From NCBI GenBank assembly GCA_021791545.1, contig JAJYWL010000016.1, forward strand, positions 219,704 to 283,703: a DNA stretch of 64,000 bases, given 5' to 3'. Position numbers and translations under genes: made by a program. The notes beneath the pieces are model-generated. The model ran no database searches. It was not told where the DNA came from and saw nothing but the letters and a program-made list of their open reading frames with translations. This DNA is from a bacterium. GTDB taxonomy: Bacteria > Patescibacteriota > Microgenomatia > Levybacterales > UBA12049. This document shows, in pieces, positions 29,276 through 38,784 of this stretch (positions within the stretch are counted from its first letter, which is position 1; each line of letters opens with the position of its first letter).

Positions 29276-29548
29276 TTGACAAAAAAAGACTTAGTTGAAC
29301 TAGTTGCAAAGAAATCTAATTTAACAAACAAAGCAGCAAAAGAATCAGTTTCTGCTTTTTTAAACGGTATTAGAGATTCTTTGAAAAGAGGAGAAAAAGT
29401 TGTAATTACTGGATTCGGGACTTTCTCTGTAAGAAAGAGAGCTACAAGACCCGGAAGAAACCCAAAGACAGGGGAAAGAATTACAATCAATGCAAGAAAA
29501 GCGCCGGGATTCACTCCAGGTAAAAGCTTAAAGAAAGCAATAAGGTAA
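29276..29548 (+). CDS. hup: DNA-binding protein HU
   Basis: GFGTFSVRKRATRPGRNPKTGE HU arm motif. TTG start with SD GGAAGGTGA. Confidence 0.88.
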   Translation: MTKKDLVELVAKKSNLTNKAAKESVSAFLNGIRDSLKRGEKVVITGFGTFSVRKRATRPGRNPKTGERITINARKAPGFTPGKSLKKAIR

Positions 29549-29587
29549 TTTTTAAAAAGGGCCCTTTACTGGTATAATACTCTTAGT

Positions 29588-30649
29588 ATGACTATAAGGC
29601 TTAAAACCGCCTTCTTTATAACCACAGGTATTATTCTTATGTGGTTTTTATACATTGAAAGGGCCGTTTTAACCCCTTTTATTCTCGCAGCAATTTTTGC
29701 ATACATCTTCAATCCTTTTGTAAATTTCTTCACTCATAAAATTAGACTACCCAGAACTCTTTCGGTAATTGTTATTTATGCAATATTAATTTCTTTAATT
29801 TCAGTGAGTGCTGTTGTGTTTAGCGGAAGAATAGTTGAGGAGTCATCCGAAATACAATCGGCTGCAAAAGCTTTGACTATAACTGCCAAATCACAGGTAT
29901 CAAATATTCCACAATGGTTGCAGCCAACCGTAAATGATACTTTGCAGACTTTTGAAAAATATCAAACTCTCTCTTACCCTTCTGCTTTTGAGTTTCTTCC
30001 AAAAGCCGTATCGAGGATTTTAGGTTTTATAATATTCCTCTTTGCGGCATTTTATTTTCTTAAAGAGGGAAGATCAATGTTTGATAAACTTCTTGCCTTC
30101 ATTCCTCCAAGTAATAGGGTTGAGGCGGATATCCTTATAAGAAGAATGAACGGAGTCTTAAGCGGTTACCTTAGAGGTCAGATCTTTCTTGTACTTTTTG
30201 TTGCTACCCTACTCTTCTTATGTCTTTCGATTTTAGGAGTAAAGTTTGCTCTTATTCTTGCAATATTTTCAGGTTTTGCAGAAATAGTTCCATATATAGG
30301 ACCTATTACAGCAACGGCGGTGGCAGTAATTGTTGCATACTTTACAGGTGGAAGTCATAACATTGCATTAGATCCAATACAAAGTTCAATAGCAATTATT
30401 GCTATATATTTTGTACTAAGACAATTCCAGGATTATTTTGTAACCCCTTATGTCATGGGAAGGATAACAAAACTTCATCCTCTCGTAATTCTTTTTGCAG
30501 TTGTTGCCGGAGAACATATAGCGGGAATAATGGGATTGATATTGGCAGTTCCGATTGCCGGAATTCTAAGAGTTATATTTGAATATTCTATAGATAGGAT
30601 TAACGACAGAGACCTCAAAGAAACAAAAAATGCTTCGGGAAAAAAGTAA
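29588..30649 (+). CDS. AI-2E family transporter (UPF0118)
   Basis: 353 aa, about 8 TM helices, with typical AI-2E family features. Confidence 0.65.
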   Translation: MTIRLKTAFFITTGIILMWFLYIERAVLTPFILAAIFAYIFNPFVNFFTHKIRLPRTLSVIVIYAILISLISVSAVVFSGRIVEESSEIQSAAKALTITAKSQVSNIPQWLQPTVNDTLQTFEKYQTLSYPSAFEFLPKAVSRILGFIIFLFAAFYFLKEGRSMFDKLLAFIPPSNRVEADILIRRMNGVLSGYLRGQIFLVLFVATLLFLCLSILGVKFALILAIFSGFAEIVPYIGPITATAVAVIVAYFTGGSHNIALDPIQSSIAIIAIYFVLRQFQDYFVTPYVMGRITKLHPLVILFAVVAGEHIAGIMGLILAVPIAGILRVIFEYSIDRINDRDLKETKNASGKK

Positions 30650-30667
30650 GCCAGATTCTGTTTTAGT

Positions 30668-31014
30668 TGCAATCTATCTCAATTGTGATGTTTAGTCACA
30701 CAGTCTCGTTTTACCGAGATGCCCTCATCTTTAATGCTCCCGTAAGGCCGGTGATAACGCATTATTCGGAGGTTGCAGCAGGTGGGATTGCCCGTTTCAC
30801 TCTCACTCGTCTCTGATGCTCTCGGAATCTGTTAATTCAGGTTCCGTCCTAAATTTACTTGTGAGCAAAAATTTAGGAACCAGCTGTCTCCAGTCGGAGC
30901 TTATGCCCCGTCCCTGTCCTTACATCTGTCTGGACTTTCCTCTCAGGTTTCCCTGAGTAGCAACGCTTCTTCCCGAAGCACCAGCATTCTAGCAAAAAAC
31001 ATCTGTTTTGTCCA
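30668..31014 (-). ncRNA. rnpB: RNase P RNA candidate (divergent)
   Basis: 345-nt ORF-free GC-richer block. Minus strand carries GAGAGGAAAGUCCAGAC (CR-I-like), a CUCAGG-GAAA-CCUGAG hairpin, and GAGUGAAACGGGCAAUCCCACC (CR-IV-like). Confidence 0.5.
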
Positions 31015-31030
31015 GTTTCCGAGGCTAAAA

Positions 31031-33925
31031 TTAGTTAGAGGAACAAAGCATTTTATACTCGCAGTTGTTGCAGAAAATGGAGTGGCTGCATTTAAAGTCG
31101 CTTTCAGAAATTTCTTTTACTTTTTCTTTTATAAATTCTTCTGCTTGTTCCAATTGTTCTTTTGTCCTGACAGTAGTTATTTTTTTATCTTTTTCTATAT
31201 ATAAAAGAGAAAGAATAATATCATCAGGTTTTCTGTTAAGAGGTTTATCTTTTACTTTTGTTGCTGCCAGGGCATAGAAGGTAAGCTGAAGATCGTTATC
31301 AACTTTTTTCTGTTCAGGAATATTTTCTCCTGTTTTATAATCTATGATTTCTATTTTTGTACCGTCCAGTTCATCAATCCTGTCTATCCTCCCTCCCACT
31401 TTAAGGTTTCCTAAATTAAAGTTGAAAGGAGTTTCCATAGCTATCGGAGGATTACCTTTAGAAAGATTATTTTTATAATAATCAAGAATTATTCTTTCCG
31501 CTTTCTCAAAAGATTTTTCTTCATGAAGTTTACTCGAATAACCTTCTTTTATCCAATTATTTTTCAGGATGTCTACAATTTTCTTGTTCTCTAATTTTTC
31601 TTTTTTAGTTATCTCTTCACATAAATTCCTTAATGAGGAGTGTATACTTATTCCGAAACTTTGTGCAGGACTTGGAGGCGTTGGAACTTTAAGGATATAT
31701 TTAAGTTTGTAATGCAAAGGACACATGTCAAAAGTTTGTATTTGGGAATATGATAAATAGGTGATGACTCCGTTTGAATGCCTTTCTTCTTCCTTGGGTT
31801 TTTCTCTTGGAGCATAATCTTCAAGAAAGGGAAGCGTTATCTGTTCTGCGACAGAATCGGTGTTAAGTATTTTTTTAACCTCTTCTTCCCCCAGTGATTC
31901 ATAGATAAAAGGAGAAATTTTTCTTTCTTTTTTTCCTTCACCGTAATATCCGGCAGCTGTTAAAAAAAGAAGATCCTTAGCTCTTGTCATACCTACATAA
32001 AAAAGTCTTCTTTCTTCTTGGAGGTGATAGTCTCCCGTAGACAGTATTTCTTTAATTAAAGGTTTGGGAATGGGTATTCCTTCCCGTCTTTCTCTTGTAG
32101 GAAAACGCTGGGCAACGAGATTGACCAAGAAAACAACAGGGAATTCCAAACCTTTACTTGAATGAATAGTAAGAATGTTAACAGCATTATTTTCAGACCA
32201 ATCGAGATCTCCTGCTAATGGACTCTCTCCCATTTGCATAGATAAATCTATCCAGTCCACTACGTCATAAACGCTTGATGTTTCGTGTTCTGTTTCATAA
32301 GTCTTAAGTTTATCGAAGAACTTTGCGTAGTTTTTCGCCATCTTTTCTTCTTTTTGTGTTTTTGCATTTACTAATTCCTGTATTATTCCTGTGTCGGAAA
32401 GAAAGTAATAGAGGATTTGCCCAGCTGTTTCTTTTGGCACAAGGTCCAAGTGTCTTTTTACCATTTTTACAAACTCAGTAAGTTTTTCTTTTGCTTTTGG
32501 ATTAAGAGATGTTTCATCTATTTTTTCCAGCATTTCAAAAAGATTGTAGTTATTCTTTTTTGCGTTATTAAGAAGAATAGAAATCTCTATTCCTTCAAGT
32601 TTTAAATAGGGCATATTTAAGACTCTATAAAGGGAAGGAGAGTCTTCAAAGTTATATAAAACTTTAAGGTAGGAGATAAGGTCTTTTATTTCATCTTGTT
32701 GGAAAAGTCTTCCGGGTCCTAAGAATTGGAAGGGAATTTTATGTCTTTCAAAAGCTCTTATGAATGGTTCCGAGTGGTCATTTGCTCTTACCAAAATCGC
32801 GATATCTTTGTATGAATACTTATTCTTTTTTACCAGCTGTACTATTTTTTTTGCCGTTTCGTCCGCTTCGTTTTCTACCCTGTCTTTATAAATAAATCCT
32901 ATCGATTCCCCTTTTTTATTTCTCATAGATTTTAATTTTTTATCTATTTTTTCTTTGGCTTCTAGTCTGTCAGGATTATTAAATTGAATGAGGTTATACG
33001 ATCTTTCTAATATCTCTTCTGTAGATCTGTAATTATTTACAAGGGGAATAATTTTTGCATTTTTAAAATGCTGTCTGAACTGGATCATGTTGGAAACAGA
33101 GCTACCCCTAAATCTATATATAGATTGATCATCATCACCTACTACTGTAATATTTTTATCTTTTCCGCAAAGAAGAATCGCAAGTTCGTTTTGGGCAAAA
33201 TTAGTATCTTGGAATTCATCCACCAATACGTACTCGAATTGTTCCTGATAGTTTTTTAAAATTGTTTTTCTTTCTCTAAATAGTCTTAGGGTGTTTGTGA
33301 TAAGATCGGAAAAATCCATCATACCCATTGTCGCTTTCAACTCCTGATAAGTCTTAAAAGCATTAGCAAGCTCCAGATATTTTTCCTTTTCTTCTTTTTC
33401 TTCGGATGTTGCCGCCTTTAATTTTTTTGCCCATTTAATATATTGATCCGGAGTTACGTCTTCATCGGCAAGTCTTGAGAAATGTGAGACCATTGCTTCC
33501 AAGAATTTATTAGGGTTTCCCAAAGGTCTAAAATATTTCAGATTAAATTTAAAAATGTTATTTCTAAGAAAGAGGATGCTTTCTGCTTGAGTCATTAACT
33601 TATATGAGGGATTAAGACCTATGTGTATTGATTCAGCTCTTAATATTCTGTCACAGAAAGAATGGAAAGTAGAAATCCACATTTGGGTATAGCCATATGG
33701 AAGAGTAACATCAACTCTTTCTTCCATTTCTTTGGCTGCTTTTTCTGTAAAAGTTAAAGCAAGAATTTTAGAAGGGACGACACCATCTTCAAGAATGAGT
33801 TTTTTTATTCTTTCGGTGATGACAGTTGTCTTACCTGTTCCAGCTCCCGCGACTATTAATAGAGGACCTTTTTTGTGGTTAACAGCCAAACTCTGTTGTC
33901 TGTCAAGCAAAACCTTGCTTTTCAT
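31031..33925 (-). CDS. UvrD/PcrA-like helicase fused to C-terminal PD-(D/E)xK nuclease with Cys cluster (AddA-like)
   Basis: AGAGTGKTT Walker A and helicase motifs. C-terminus reads CPLHYKLKY..IDYKTG..C..CNNCEYKMLC. Confidence 0.8.
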   Translation of the reverse strand: MKSKVLLDRQQSLAVNHKKGPLLIVAGAGTGKTTVITERIKKLILEDGVVPSKILALTFTEKAAKEMEERVDVTLPYGYTQMWISTFHSFCDRILRAESIHIGLNPSYKLMTQAESILFLRNNIFKFNLKYFRPLGNPNKFLEAMVSHFSRLADEDVTPDQYIKWAKKLKAATSEEKEEKEKYLELANAFKTYQELKATMGMMDFSDLITNTLRLFRERKTILKNYQEQFEYVLVDEFQDTNFAQNELAILLCGKDKNITVVGDDDQSIYRFRGSSVSNMIQFRQHFKNAKIIPLVNNYRSTEEILERSYNLIQFNNPDRLEAKEKIDKKLKSMRNKKGESIGFIYKDRVENEADETAKKIVQLVKKNKYSYKDIAILVRANDHSEPFIRAFERHKIPFQFLGPGRLFQQDEIKDLISYLKVLYNFEDSPSLYRVLNMPYLKLEGIEISILLNNAKKNNYNLFEMLEKIDETSLNPKAKEKLTEFVKMVKRHLDLVPKETAGQILYYFLSDTGIIQELVNAKTQKEEKMAKNYAKFFDKLKTYETEHETSSVYDVVDWIDLSMQMGESPLAGDLDWSENNAVNILTIHSSKGLEFPVVFLVNLVAQRFPTRERREGIPIPKPLIKEILSTGDYHLQEERRLFYVGMTRAKDLLFLTAAGYYGEGKKERKISPFIYESLGEEEVKKILNTDSVAEQITLPFLEDYAPREKPKEEERHSNGVITYLSYSQIQTFDMCPLHYKLKYILKVPTPPSPAQSFGISIHSSLRNLCEEITKKEKLENKKIVDILKNNWIKEGYSSKLHEEKSFEKAERIILDYYKNNLSKGNPPIAMETPFNFNLGNLKVGGRIDRIDELDGTKIEIIDYKTGENIPEQKKVDNDLQLTFYALAATKVKDKPLNRKPDDIILSLLYIEKDKKITTVRTKEQLEQAEEFIKEKVKEISESDFKCSHSIFCNNCEYKMLCSSN

Positions 33926-33961
33926 GCAGGTATTGTATCACAAAAAGCTTCTGCTTTAGCC

Positions 33962-34372
33962 TTATTTTGTAACATTAATTGTTCCGGTCTGATCAGGACT
34001 AAGCTGGTTATGGTAAGTATAAACTCCGACCTTGTCAAAGATAAGAGAAACACCACTTTTGTCTGGGAATGTTCCTAAGTTAAGGAATTTCCACATGGAA
34101 TTATATGGGTAAGGATCCGAATTTACTGTTCCATCCTTTCCGCTTTCATTTACCCATCTAACCATTGTGCCCTGTTTAACAGTAACCGTCTTTGGTTCAA
34201 ACCCTGTTGCTGTAAGTTTTATTTCTTTTGATGTTAATGTTTGAGTGGGGGTTACTGTTTTGGTAAGGTTTTGATTAAGATTTGGATTTGTACCTTTACC
34301 CATTACAAAATAAAATCCGCCTAATATTAAAATTACGACGACAATGCTTAAAGCTAAAATATTCTTATTCAT
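33962..34372 (-). CDS. membrane-anchored hypothetical protein (beta-rich, cupredoxin-like without Cu ligands)
   Basis: N-terminal TM helix; no Cys. Confidence 0.35.
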   Translation of the reverse strand: MNKNILALSIVVVILILGGFYFVMGKGTNPNLNQNLTKTVTPTQTLTSKEIKLTATGFEPKTVTVKQGTMVRWVNESGKDGTVNSDPYPYNSMWKFLNLGTFPDKSGVSLIFDKVGVYTYHNQLSPDQTGTINVTK

Positions 34373-35361
34373 TCTGCACCTCCTTTCAAAACTTGAGGTT
34401 CCTTAAGTTCTCTTGTTGAATTAATTTTCTGTCCCAAATCGCTTATCCCCGTAGATACATTGAAATATTGGGAGTAGGCATTATTTATATGTTTTCCTAA
34501 AACTGAAATGTTATCGGTTAATTTATCGTAGTCATTTTGGATTCCTCTTAAAGCAGTCATTATTTGCTTGGATCTTAATTCTATTTTCTTTCCTTCAAAT
34601 GAAAGAAGTATCGTCTGAAGATGGGCATAAAGAGTTGAAGGAGAAACAAGATAGATTCTTGATTTTCTTGCGTATTCCATAAGCTCTGTCTGATTGACTA
34701 CTTCATAATAAACCGCTTCGCTTGGAACATACATAAGGGCAAAATCCATAGTCCCTTCCATCGGTAGGATATATTTCTTGGAGATAGCGTCTATATGTTT
34801 TTTTACGTCTTTTTGAAATTCTCTTTCATATAATTTTTTCTCATTTCCTTCGGCTTTTGTCATCTTCTGGAAATTTTCCATTGGGAATTTGGAGTCTATC
34901 GGTAGAATTCCTGCATCTGTTTTTATTGCAGCGTCTACTTTATCTCCAGATTTAAATTCGTACTGAAGAAAAAAACTCTCCTTAGGAAACATTTGTGATA
35001 TTAGATCTTTTAATACCTGCTCTCCTATGTTTCCCCTAAGCTTGGGACTTTTTAGGAATTCCTGAAGTTCTCTCATGTTCCTTCCTATCTCAGACATTTG
35101 CCCTATTTCTTTATTTACTTCCTGAATTACTCTTGATGAGTATTCCAATCTTTCATTAAGTTGTTTCGAATTTTCCTGAAGTGTCTTTACCATGTTATCC
35201 GAAGTTATGTCTAAGGAACTTTGCATTGATTTGAGCCATTGGAGCAAGGATTCGTCTGTTCTGGATTTTGAGATTTCTGAAAGTTTCTTATTTATTAAAT
35301 AGAAGAGTACGGCAAAGCCTAATATTATAAGAATTGATATAGTGAGCAGTTCAGACGACAT
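34369..35361 (-). CDS. rmuC: DNA recombination protein RmuC
   Basis: N-terminal TM helix, coiled coil, and RmuC C-terminal motif PMEGTMDFALMYVPSEAVYYE. Confidence 0.75.
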   Translation of the reverse strand: MSSELLTISILIILGFAVLFYLINKKLSEISKSRTDESLLQWLKSMQSSLDITSDNMVKTLQENSKQLNERLEYSSRVIQEVNKEIGQMSEIGRNMRELQEFLKSPKLRGNIGEQVLKDLISQMFPKESFFLQYEFKSGDKVDAAIKTDAGILPIDSKFPMENFQKMTKAEGNEKKLYEREFQKDVKKHIDAISKKYILPMEGTMDFALMYVPSEAVYYEVVNQTELMEYARKSRIYLVSPSTLYAHLQTILLSFEGKKIELRSKQIMTALRGIQNDYDKLTDNISVLGKHINNAYSQYFNVSTGISDLGQKINSTRELKEPQVLKGGAE

Positions 35362-35376
35362 ATTTTTATTCTACCA

Positions 35377-36393
35377 TTAATCAAAGTAAAGTTCAGGATC
35401 GGCAATTATTTTATCCCAGGGTTCTTCTTTGTAATTGAAAAAAGCAGCCGAGGCTATCATTGCCGCATTATCTGTTGAAAGATTTCTTGCAGGAGCAAAG
35501 AATTTTATCCCTGTATCTTCTATTTCTTTTTTAAATTCTTCTCTTAACGTTTGATTTGCGGAAACTCCTCCGGATAGAAGAATTGATTTAACTTTATATT
35601 TTTCCGCGGCTTTCAGGGTTTTTTTGATGAGTACATCAATTATCGATTCCTGAACTCCTGCACATAAGTCATTTATATCTTTTTCGGAAAGAGTTCCTTG
35701 TCCTTTTAACTTATTTATTTCTCTTAATGCCGCAGTCTTTAAACCCGAAAAGGAAAAATCAAAATCGTTGGAGTCGATCAAAGGTCTGGGGAAGAAAAAC
35801 CTCTTTAGGTTTCCTTCCTTTGCCCTGGCTTCAATATGGGGTCCACCAGGATAGGGAAGTTCCAAAATTCTTCCTATCTTATCGAATGCTTCACCGGCCG
35901 CATCATCCCTTGTCCCTCCTATCCACTTTATTTCTCCGTGTTTTTTAAGTATTACCAAATCCGTATGTCCTCCTGAAACAACAAGGGCAAGAGCGGGAAA
36001 TTCTATGTCATCATTCTCGATGAAATTTGCGTAAATATGACCTATTAAATGATTGACGGGAATTATAGGTTTTTTATAAATATATGAGAGAGCTTTTGCG
36101 GTCTCTACTCCTACGAGTAAAGAGCCTATAAGTCCCGGTCCGTAGGTAACTGCGATTGCATCAACATTTTCTAATGATCCTATCGGTTTTAAGGCTTCCA
36201 ATATTGTCGGAATAATATACTTTACCTGTTCTCTTGCTGCTATTTCGGGAATGATCCCTCCTGTTTTTGCATGAAGAGATAAAGAAGAAGCAACAGCGTT
36301 AGAAAGAAGTTTTACTTTTTTGTCTCCTTTTTCTGCCTCTATTAGCGCGGCAGATGTTTCATCACAGCTTGTTTCAATTGCAAAAATCTTCAT
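35377..36393 (-). CDS. tsaD: tRNA N6-adenosine threonylcarbamoyltransferase TsaD
   Basis: ETSCDETSAAL, HLIGH and metal-binding motifs. Confidence 0.9.
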   Translation of the reverse strand: MKIFAIETSCDETSAALIEAEKGDKKVKLLSNAVASSLSLHAKTGGIIPEIAAREQVKYIIPTILEALKPIGSLENVDAIAVTYGPGLIGSLLVGVETAKALSYIYKKPIIPVNHLIGHIYANFIENDDIEFPALALVVSGGHTDLVILKKHGEIKWIGGTRDDAAGEAFDKIGRILELPYPGGPHIEARAKEGNLKRFFFPRPLIDSNDFDFSFSGLKTAALREINKLKGQGTLSEKDINDLCAGVQESIIDVLIKKTLKAAEKYKVKSILLSGGVSANQTLREEFKKEIEDTGIKFFAPARNLSTDNAAMIASAAFFNYKEEPWDKIIADPELYFD

Positions 36394-36824
36394 AATTTAA
36401 TTGTTACCAAGTCTCCTTTCTTAAATCCGTATTTGTCTGAAAGACCCGCATTTATTTCCAAAACCCTGTCTGATTTTTCCTTGGAAGAATAAGTAGGAAG
36501 ATTGTTTCCTTTTTGAACGGGAACATTTTTAAATATCTCTACAATTTTATTTTTGTCTATAAAAATTATATCTATAGGAAATTTCATGTCTTTCATCCAG
36601 AAGGTATAATAGTCTTCTTTTTCAAAAATAAAAAGCATTCCTTTGTTCTGAGGGATACTATCGAAAATTGAAAGTCCCTTTTCTCTTTCCTGTTCCGTCT
36701 GGGCAATGTATAAAGAAAAAGTTTTTCCGTTAATTTTTGCGTAAGGAGCTTTGTCTGTATTTAAAAACATAAGGCCAAGAATGACTGTGATAAAAACTAA
36801 AATAAGTGGGACTAAGATTTTCAT
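36390..36824 (-). CDS. DUF192 domain protein
   Basis: N-terminal TM helix; PIDIIFIDKNKIV motif. Confidence 0.55.
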   Translation of the reverse strand: MKILVPLILVFITVILGLMFLNTDKAPYAKINGKTFSLYIAQTEQEREKGLSIFDSIPQNKGMLFIFEKEDYYTFWMKDMKFPIDIIFIDKNKIVEIFKNVPVQKGNNLPTYSSKEKSDRVLEINAGLSDKYGFKKGDLVTIKL

Positions 36825-37315
36825 AATTGATTTTCTTTGGAGATTATATCCGCAATTTTACTTGTAGATTTATCGTTTATTCTGGCGATTACTTCTAAAA
36901 CCGTGGAGCCAATATTTTTAGCTTGTCTTTTCGCATGTTCTACCTGTCCGCTTCCTTTTGTTACCGCAATAACCGAAGGATTTATAGTTTCGATAATTTT
37001 GTCATATTCGATGTCTTCTTTTACTTCAGGCATTAGAATTACATAGTCGACAGATCTTACCGAGGAAAGAACGAAGGCTCTTTCGATTTGGTTATTTATG
37101 GGCCTTTGTTCGCCTTTTATCTTCTTTACGTTTTCATCACTTTCTAAAAGTACAAATAAAATTCCTCCGGTCTTTTTAGCTGCTTCAAGAAATTTTATAT
37201 GTCCAAAATGTAAAACGTCGAAACATCCTCCCGAGAGAATAATTTTTTTTCCGTCTTTTCTGAGTTTCCTGCTTAATTTTCCTGCCTTTTTTAAATCAAT
37301 AATTCTTTGCATCAC
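36821..37315 (-). CDS. cytidylyltransferase-like nucleotidyltransferase (RfaE domain II / TagD-like)
   Basis: GGCFDVLHFGH (HxGH) motif. Confidence 0.7.
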   Translation of the reverse strand: MMQRIIDLKKAGKLSRKLRKDGKKIILSGGCFDVLHFGHIKFLEAAKKTGGILFVLLESDENVKKIKGEQRPINNQIERAFVLSSVRSVDYVILMPEVKEDIEYDKIIETINPSVIAVTKGSGQVEHAKRQAKNIGSTVLEVIARINDKSTSKIADIISKENQL

Positions 37316-38784
37316 ATCGTTCCTTTTAAATATACAGCCTGCCAGGGGCGGTAATTGGAGACAAACTTATCGCTTATAATTACTTTCCCATCTTTCTTAA
37401 CTACTCTTGTGAAGTAAACGTCTGCTCCCCAAGCTGCAAAATCTACTTGCTTTACTTCTCCTTTTGGAAGTGTTGGGTCATCCTGATAAAGATCGGGAGG
37501 TGGTGGTGTTTCATTTGTGACAACAGGTTTACTTATGCTTACTTCTCTTCCGTCTTTTGTTCCATAAAGGAAAAAGCTTAATTGCATAGTGTTATAGTCG
37601 ATTGCTGTCTGTATTAGAATGTAGTGTCCGGTGTCGTTTTTAAACTTAAGGTCAACGGTGGGGACATAAATAGTGGCATCAAAGCCCGGTCCCATATCCT
37701 GTTCATAATATCCTACTCTATATGCATGTGCATTTCTTTCGGTGATGGGAAGGCCCGCGTTAAGAAGTGCTCTGAAAAAAGTTGTCGAAACCTGGCAAAT
37801 TCCTCCACCGTCTCCTAACACTGTTTTTCCGTTTTGTATGACATAAGCTTGTTTGTATCCCGTAAGTGAGGAGACATCTCCCAAAACTTTATCAAAAGAA
37901 AATATTTCATCGGGAGCTACAAGAATGCCATTAAATTTTGAAGTTCCTAAACTTATGTTATAAATTCTGCTGGGAATTGAATGTTGAAAAAGGGAAGTGC
38001 CTTCTCCTATCAACTCTTTAATTCCCATATTGTTGACTTTGTCGGTAGTTATTTGAGGTTCAATTGTTTTTATGGGTACGGTAATGTTTATTGTTTGTGA
38101 TCCTCCTGTTTCGGCTACCGCTTGAGCCTTATCGAGAATAATTTTATTCAAGGAGACGGTATCGATTGCCTGTCCGTTTTCTGAGGGTTGAAATGCTGTT
38201 ACTCTTCCTCCGGAGAAAGTAAAAAGTGCATTAACGGGATTTTTATTTATGCTGTCGGAAAGGGGTTTGATTTTGCTTTCCAGCTTACTTTCGCAAAAGG
38301 AGTAACTTGGAGAAAGATTAATACCTGATATATAACCTTGAAGGATTAGAGAAATGTTGGAGAAAATATCTCCACCTCTTCCTATTAAATATGCCTGATC
38401 TGCCAAGAGTTTTGAATTATAACCGAAATCCAATTCTTGGGCCGATACCGTTGCTGTCCCAAAGTCACTGGTCAGAGAAAATTTTGTATTACTAAAATTG
38501 TCATTTTTTTTGTCAAAATATTTTTGTACTTCACTTTTATCTTTTCCTCCGAAATTTACATTGTTCACCATGACTCCCGGATAGATCTTGTTTTCATACA
38601 TTTTCTGAAAAAAGAGGAAGCTGAAACTTAAAAAGAAAAATAGGGCGAGGGTGGCACCTGTTAAAAACCAAAATGTCATTTGGGAGTATTTTTTTATGTG
38701 TTTTTTATGGCGGAGGAATCTGAGCTTTATTTGATATAAAGTCATATATGGTATTATACTATAAATAAGCACGATTATGGACAA
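37312..38784 (-). CDS. VanW family protein
   Basis: GGGICQVSTTFFRA VanW signature and an N-terminal TM helix. Confidence 0.7.
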   Translation of the reverse strand: MSIIVLIYSIIPYMTLYQIKLRFLRHKKHIKKYSQMTFWFLTGATLALFFFLSFSFLFFQKMYENKIYPGVMVNNVNFGGKDKSEVQKYFDKKNDNFSNTKFSLTSDFGTATVSAQELDFGYNSKLLADQAYLIGRGGDIFSNISLILQGYISGINLSPSYSFCESKLESKIKPLSDSINKNPVNALFTFSGGRVTAFQPSENGQAIDTVSLNKIILDKAQAVAETGGSQTINITVPIKTIEPQITTDKVNNMGIKELIGEGTSLFQHSIPSRIYNISLGTSKFNGILVAPDEIFSFDKVLGDVSSLTGYKQAYVIQNGKTVLGDGGGICQVSTTFFRALLNAGLPITERNAHAYRVGYYEQDMGPGFDATIYVPTVDLKFKNDTGHYILIQTAIDYNTMQLSFFLYGTKDGREVSISKPVVTNETPPPPDLYQDDPTLPKGEVKQVDFAAWGADVYFTRVVKKDGKVIISDKFVSNYRPWQAVYLKGTM

